Under the pieces are notes generated by a model. That model was not told where the DNA came from. It searched no databases and saw nothing but the letters and a program-made list of their open reading frames with translations. From Bdellovibrionales bacterium (GTDB lineage: Bacteria; Bdellovibrionota; Bdellovibrionia; Bdellovibrionales; UBA1609): DNA of 64,000 nt. Where the stretch lies: NCBI GenBank assembly GCA_965199935.1, contig CBDATD010000001.1, positions 800,531 to 864,530 of the forward strand. Reading direction: 5' to 3'. The translations under genes were made by a program, and so were the position numbers. Shown piece after piece: positions 59,049-64,000 of this stretch (position 1 is its first letter; each line of letters opens with the position of its first letter).

Positions 59049-60038
59049 ATGTCTATTCGTGTGGGAATCAATGGGTTAGGGCGCATCGGCCGCTATTTTT
59101 TGAGATTGACCAGGTTTTCCCCGGACCTGGATGTGTGTTTCATCAATTCCCATGGGAGCATAGAGTCTTCAGTTCATTTGATTCAGTATGACAGCGTCCA
59201 CGGCCCTCTCAATGAAAAGTTGGAGGTTTTTTCTAAAGATTCTTTAAAAATAGGAGAAGATCTTGTGGCTTACTCCAGAAAAGATCATCCGAAGCATATT
59301 CCGTGGGAAGGCGTTGATTTTGTTTTAGAGTGTACAGGCCGGTTTAAAAAGAAAGAGGACCTGGCGCAGCACTTCAAAGGCCCTGTGAAAAAAGTTATCG
59401 TGGCGGCTCCGGCAGAGGGAGCTGAGTTTACAGTGGTTTATGGAGTCAATCACAAAGATTATAAATCCTCCTACAATATTATCAGCAATGCCTCCTGTAC
59501 GACCAACTGCCTGGCCCCTTTAGCTTTTGTTGTACACAAGACTTTCGGCATTGTGAACGGCTATATGACCACAGTGCATGCTTACACGAGCGATCAAAAA
59601 CTTTTAGATTCTTCTCACAAGGATTTGAGGCGCGCCCGCGCCGCGGCTCTTTCTATGATTCCGACGACAACAGGGGCTGTAAAGGCCATAGACCGCATTA
59701 TTCCTGATTTGAAAGGAAAGCTTCAGGGTCTTGCGGTTCGAGTTCCTGTCCCTAACGTCAGTTTATTGGAATTTACAGTGCAGTGCCGGAAAGATATTTC
59801 ATTAAATTCTCTTAATGAAGTCCTTGGGCAGTACGCGGAAGGTGATTTGAAAAATATTTTGTCCATAGAAAAAAAACCTTTAGTGAGCGCAGATTTTTTA
59901 GGATCTTCCGCCAGCCTTGTTGTGGATCAAGCCCTCACTCAAGTTTGCGGTAAAACGGCGCAAATATTTGCCTGGTACGATAATGAAGCAGGGTACTGCA
60001 GTCGTTTGTTAGACCTTATGAAGTATATAGGCCGGTGA
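59049..60038 (+). CDS. gap: Glyceraldehyde-3-phosphate dehydrogenase type I
   Basis: [22 protein letters not shown]. Confidence 0.96.
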   Translation: MSIRVGINGLGRIGRYFLRLTRFSPDLDVCFINSHGSIESSVHLIQYDSVHGPLNEKLEVFSKDSLKIGEDLVAYSRKDHPKHIPWEGVDFVLECTGRFKKKEDLAQHFKGPVKKVIVAAPAEGAEFTVVYGVNHKDYKSSYNIISNASCTTNCLAPLAFVVHKTFGIVNGYMTTVHAYTSDQKLLDSSHKDLRRARAAALSMIPTTTGAVKAIDRIIPDLKGKLQGLAVRVPVPNVSLLEFTVQCRKDISLNSLNEVLGQYAEGDLKNILSIEKKPLVSADFLGSSASLVVDQALTQVCGKTAQIFAWYDNEAGYCSRLLDLMKYIGR

Positions 60039-61246
60039 ATATTGTGATTTCTCATATAGAAGATTTTGATTTGAAAGATCAGCGTGTATTTATCCGAGCG
60101 GATTTGAATGTGCCTGTAAAAGACGGCAAAGTGGCGGATGACTATCGTATTATGAATGCTCTTCCCACGATCCGTTATGCTTTGGATCAAGGGGCCAAAG
60201 TGCTGTTGGCCAGCCACTTGGGCCGGCCGGACAAACCAGACAGCAAATGGTCTCTTGCCCCAGCGGCGTCTGTACTCAGTGAAATTCTGGATGTGGACGT
60301 GTTCTTTTCCCCTAAATTGTTGAGTGATGTGCCTTTAGTTGTTTCTCCTTCATTAAAAAAAAACCAGTTGATTTTACTGGAAAATCTAAGATTTCATCCA
60401 GGAGAAAAATTAAACGATTTAAAATTGGCTGAAGAGCTTGCAAAAAATATTGATATTTACGTCAACGACGCTTTTGGGGTATGTCATAGAAAACACGCCA
60501 GTTTGTCCGCACTCCCCCGCCTTGTGCCAAAAAGATGTATTGGGTATCTGATTCAAAAAGAGATGAAGATGCTGGATCGGCTGAAAAACAACCCTGAACA
60601 TCCTTTTGTCGTGGTTTTAGGAGGGGCCAAAGTGCAGGATAAATTTAACACTATTCTCAATCTCATTGATTATGCAGATTGTTTGGTGGTTGGCGGCGCT
60701 ATGGCTTATGTGTTTCTCAAAGCACAAGGACGTTCCTTAGGAAATACGAAGACGTCTATAGAGGATGTTTCTCTAGCTCAAGAACTGATGGAAAGAATGC
60801 GGATCAGAAAGAAAAACCTCTATTTACCTGTAGATCATGTTGTCGTTCCAGATATCCATCGTGTGGATTTATTAAAAATCACAGATGGTGCGGATGTGCC
60901 GGAGTCTTGGTGTGCTGTAGATATTGGACCTCAAACCTGCGTCCTCTTTTCAAAAGTTTTTGAAAAAGCAAAAACTATTTTTTGGAATGGGCCTATGGGG
61001 CTTTTTGAAATGTCTGAGTATGCGAAAGGCACTCAAACTGTTGCGGAAAGTATTGGAAAACGCCAAGAAGCTCTTCGCATTGTCGGCGGGGGGGACTCGG
61101 CTCGAGCCGTTTTCCATTTTTCTTTAGAAAAAAGTTTTGATCATGTTTCTACAGGGGGAGGAGCCTCTTTAGCTTACATTCAGGGGAGTGTTCTGCCGGG
61201 CCTGAAAAGCCTTGAACTGGACCGCAGAATGGAGGCTGTGACATGA
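60035..61246 (+). CDS. pgk: Phosphoglycerate kinase
   Basis: [35 protein letters not shown]. Confidence 0.96.
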   Translation: MNIVISHIEDFDLKDQRVFIRADLNVPVKDGKVADDYRIMNALPTIRYALDQGAKVLLASHLGRPDKPDSKWSLAPAASVLSEILDVDVFFSPKLLSDVPLVVSPSLKKNQLILLENLRFHPGEKLNDLKLAEELAKNIDIYVNDAFGVCHRKHASLSALPRLVPKRCIGYLIQKEMKMLDRLKNNPEHPFVVVLGGAKVQDKFNTILNLIDYADCLVVGGAMAYVFLKAQGRSLGNTKTSIEDVSLAQELMERMRIRKKNLYLPVDHVVVPDIHRVDLLKITDGADVPESWCAVDIGPQTCVLFSKVFEKAKTIFWNGPMGLFEMSEYAKGTQTVAESIGKRQEALRIVGGGDSARAVFHFSLEKSFDHVSTGGGASLAYIQGSVLPGLKSLELDRRMEAVT

Positions 61247-61932
61247 TTTACGCCGGGAATTGGAAAATGAACCAAAACTTTAAGGAAGGGTTGGAATGTC
61301 TTCGCTCTTTAAAAGAGCGGGTGCCTCAGCAAAAACAAAAATCCTATATTATTTTAGCTCCTGCTTTGCTTTTTGGTTTATTGAGAGAAGAGCTGTCTGG
61401 AACAGGTTTTCAGTGGGGGGGGCAAAATTGTTTTTATAAAAATGAAGGGCCTTACACGGGGGAAAACTCTCCTCAAGTGATGTATGAAATGGGGGCTCGT
61501 TATGTTCTCACAGGCCACAGCGAGAGGCGTCTGCTGTTTGCTGAAACCCATGAGATGATTTTGGAAAAAACCCGCCTCATTATCCAAAATAAAATGACGC
61601 CTATCTTATGCGTGGGAGAAAGCATTGAGCAAAGAAGCCGGTTTCAAGAAGTTCTGAAAGCTCAGCTTGAGGGTTTTTCAAATTTATCTCCTTTAATTGT
61701 TGCCTATGAACCTGTGTGGGCTGTTGGTTCTGGAAAAGTTCCTAATCACTTGCAGGTTCAGGAGGCTCTTTCTGTGATTCGGAAGATTCTGCCTCAGTCT
61801 GTTCTCTTGTATGGAGGCAGTGTCAATGCGCAGGTCTTTCGTTCTTTGTTGTGTAAAGAGCTTGGCGGATTTCTTATGGGAGGGGCCTCTTTGAAAGCAG
61901 ATTCGTTCATCCTGGAGGAGAGCCGTGTCTGA
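61243..61932 (+). CDS. tpiA: Triosephosphate isomerase
   Basis: GNWKM, GHSERR, AYEPVWA, YGGSV, GGASL. Confidence 0.94.
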   Translation: MIYAGNWKMNQNFKEGLECLRSLKERVPQQKQKSYIILAPALLFGLLREELSGTGFQWGGQNCFYKNEGPYTGENSPQVMYEMGARYVLTGHSERRLLFAETHEMILEKTRLIIQNKMTPILCVGESIEQRSRFQEVLKAQLEGFSNLSPLIVAYEPVWAVGSGKVPNHLQVQEALSVIRKILPQSVLLYGGSVNAQVFRSLLCKELGGFLMGGASLKADSFILEESRV

Positions 61933-62986
61933 TAAAATACAGATGAAGACGTGTGTCGTCAGAAGAGATGCGGGATTGAAAAATCACATTATGATTTTGT
62001 GTTGCGAGATTTTCTTGGATGGCTGTTAAAAGCTCTCTTCTTCGGTTCGCAGCGGGTGGATAAGGTTTTTGAAACTCTACTGTGTAATAATGCTCCACAA
62101 ATTCTTTGTTGAAAAAGGGTTGATACGGAGTGCAGTAGCTTTGTACACGCGTGCTGACTTTGGCTTGTATTTTTAGCACCGGCAATAGAGGTTTGAGCCA
62201 GTCATAGTTCTTTTGAAAAGGAGAATTATTCTGATCTACAAACTCAGATATAAAGTCTATAAAAGAAGGGGGCAAAAGCGTCCATGAGATAAAAGGGGGG
62301 CGGCCCGAGGTGTGGTGGAGTGTTTGGGGCTGAAAGGAGTGATAAAGGACATACAGCTGTTGAAAGAGACGCAGTTGATCATCGTTTATATTTTGAGATA
62401 TGTTAAAGACAACCTCCTGCAGGAGAGAGTCTAAAGGATTTAAGAGGTGTTGGAATTCCTTTGTGTTTTTGCAGATGGAAAGAGGGCTGGAAAATGTTTG
62501 AATTATTTCTCTCACTCGAAAAGCAGAGTTGGCCAGCCTCTGAAGGTTTTGTTTTTCCGTTATAGATTTTTTAGCGTGATAGCTGGGGAAAGTTTTGAGT
62601 ACAACTTCTTCAGTTTGCAGTTTCTCTGAAAATGCCTCCAAAGGATCAAGAGAAATTTTTTCCAGGGATTTCATGTCCGGCGGAGGTGTTTCATTCAACA
62701 GAAACTGAACGGCTTTGTCCAAAGGCTCTAAAGCGGCGGGCAGGAGGGGAATGTGCAGCAGCCAGGAGAATAATTTTTCATAAAATAGAAATTTGTTTTC
62801 TATAGGAAGCCGGCACTCTTTTAAATGATTCAAATAAATAGAGGTGTGGCGGTCGTACATTTGAAGCTCTGACTCCAATTTTTTGTCCAGGGCCGCGCAA
62901 TGTTCAGCTTGAGACCAGGTTTGTGCAAACAGTAAAAAGGAGCCAAAGGCCGCTAAAAATAAAATTTTAATTTTAATGAGATGCAC
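61907..62986 (-). CDS. Hypothetical secreted protein
   Basis: 359-aa ORF with signal-like N-terminus overlapping the upstream gene's stop. Confidence 0.6.
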   Translation of the reverse strand: MHLIKIKILFLAAFGSFLLFAQTWSQAEHCAALDKKLESELQMYDRHTSIYLNHLKECRLPIENKFLFYEKLFSWLLHIPLLPAALEPLDKAVQFLLNETPPPDMKSLEKISLDPLEAFSEKLQTEEVVLKTFPSYHAKKSITEKQNLQRLANSAFRVREIIQTFSSPLSICKNTKEFQHLLNPLDSLLQEVVFNISQNINDDQLRLFQQLYVLYHSFQPQTLHHTSGRPPFISWTLLPPSFIDFISEFVDQNNSPFQKNYDWLKPLLPVLKIQAKVSTRVQSYCTPYQPFFNKEFVEHYYTVEFQKPYPPAANRRRELLTAIQENLATQNHNVIFQSRISSDDTRLHLYFIRHGSPPG

Positions 62987-63998
62987 AGTTTTCCCTCTCC
63001 ACAGCTCCGTAAGCCTGCGTTTTTAAAATATTCCACTCAGTTATATATTCTTGTATCTCTTTTGTGTCTGGTGTTTTTGACTCCTTAGGGTTGGGATAGC
63101 CGGAAATCATACCGTCAAATCCCTTATGAAAAAAAGTGTCTTCTTGTTTTTTTATGAAGTGATCTGGAGTCAGCTCCACTTTGCCTCCTCCATTGGGCAA
63201 ATCCATACTCAGACGCGGAACGGCCAGTCCGGAAAAAACACCCCAAAGCTCCTTTTGAATCCATTTCGAATTTTCTATAGTGGTTCGAAAATGCTGAGTA
63301 CCCTCAGAAGGATCACATTGAAACATATAGTAAGGCCGAACCCTTATAAAGAGCAGTCTTCGATTTAAAGCCTGCACGACGGCTGGATGGTTGTTGACGC
63401 CGTTCAGGAGGACCATTTGATTGTAAACGCAAATGCCGTTGTCGCATAAATCAAGCAAATGTTTCACGCATTCTGCAGTGAGTTCTTTAGGGTGATTGAA
63501 ATGGGTCATGACAAAAACGGGCTGGTGTGCTTTGAGCAGCGCCGTCAACTCCGCATCTATTCTAAAAGGACAGACCACAGGCAGACGGCTTCCTATCCGA
63601 ATAATTTCAATGTGAGATATAGAGCGCAGGTCTTTCAGAATATTTTTTATTTTATTATTGGATAATGTTAAAGGGTCGCCGCCGGATAAAATCACTTCAC
63701 GGATGCCGCGGCTGTTTTTGATGTATTGCAGAGCTTTTTGATAATCTTTAGAGGAGATCGTGTAATTTCCTTGAGCTGTGAAATATTTTCTTGTGCAGTA
63801 TCTGCAGTAGATGCCGCAAAAATCTGTAACTAAAAAGAGGACTCGGTCCGGGTAGCGGTGAACAATTCTGGGAACAGGGCTGTGTTTTTTTTCTCCAAGA
63901 GGGTCCTCTTGATAAAAGCCTGAAGAGTCCATCTCTTTTAAATGAGGCAGGGTCATGGAGCGGAGGGGCGGGTGTCTTTTGCAAAGCTCTAAATAGTA
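62973..63998 (-). CDS. KamA/EpmB-family radical SAM aminomutase, 5' end outside window
   Basis: HRYPDRVL, CGIYCRYC, LSGGDPL, HFNHPKE; frame open to window end. Confidence 0.92.
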   Translation of the reverse strand, partial: YYLELCKRHPPLRSMTLPHLKEMDSSGFYQEDPLGEKKHSPVPRIVHRYPDRVLFLVTDFCGIYCRYCTRKYFTAQGNYTISSKDYQKALQYIKNSRGIREVILSGGDPLTLSNNKIKNILKDLRSISHIEIIRIGSRLPVVCPFRIDAELTALLKAHQPVFVMTHFNHPKELTAECVKHLLDLCDNGICVYNQMVLLNGVNNHPAVVQALNRRLLFIRVRPYYMFQCDPSEGTQHFRTTIENSKWIQKELWGVFSGLAVPRLSMDLPNGGGKVELTPDHFIKKQEDTFFHKGFDGMISGYPNPKESKTPDTKEIQEYITEWNILKTQAYGAVERENCASH

Positions 63999-64000
63999 AG

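Overview
Chromosomal window from a Bdellovibrionota-like bacterium; the taxon is inferred from a Tad/Flp pilus cluster followed by an RHS/YD gene and a small secreted CxxC protein, matching the Bdellovibrio hit-locus layout as I recall it. Housekeeping genes (peptide ABC permeases, E2/lipA, dsbA-like, asd, truA, rplM-rpsI, clpB, nagZ, mltG, amgK/murU-like, corA, tatD, holB, tmk, gap-pgk-tpiA, KamA-family) surround three accessory features. (1) A type I restriction-modification island (~13.8-24.4 kb) in which an intact-looking HEPN toxin gene is translationally coupled to an MNT antitoxin domain fused to HsdS, with further cargo between hsdS and hsdR. (2) A family of ~150-bp palindromic repeats with a conserved 67-nt core and covarying outer stem, about 17 full copies at 31.9-52 kb. 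They form tandem arrays, separate single-gene modules (AAA/DUF4143 ATPase, Fic, duplicated PD-(D/E)XK nuclease), sit inside the pilus locus and have inserted in-frame into a murU-like gene. (3) A tRNA-Leu(GAG) with a tRNA-linked repeat. Three genes are split at short homopolymers, which may be consensus errors. All calls come from reading motifs by eye; no database searches were run.
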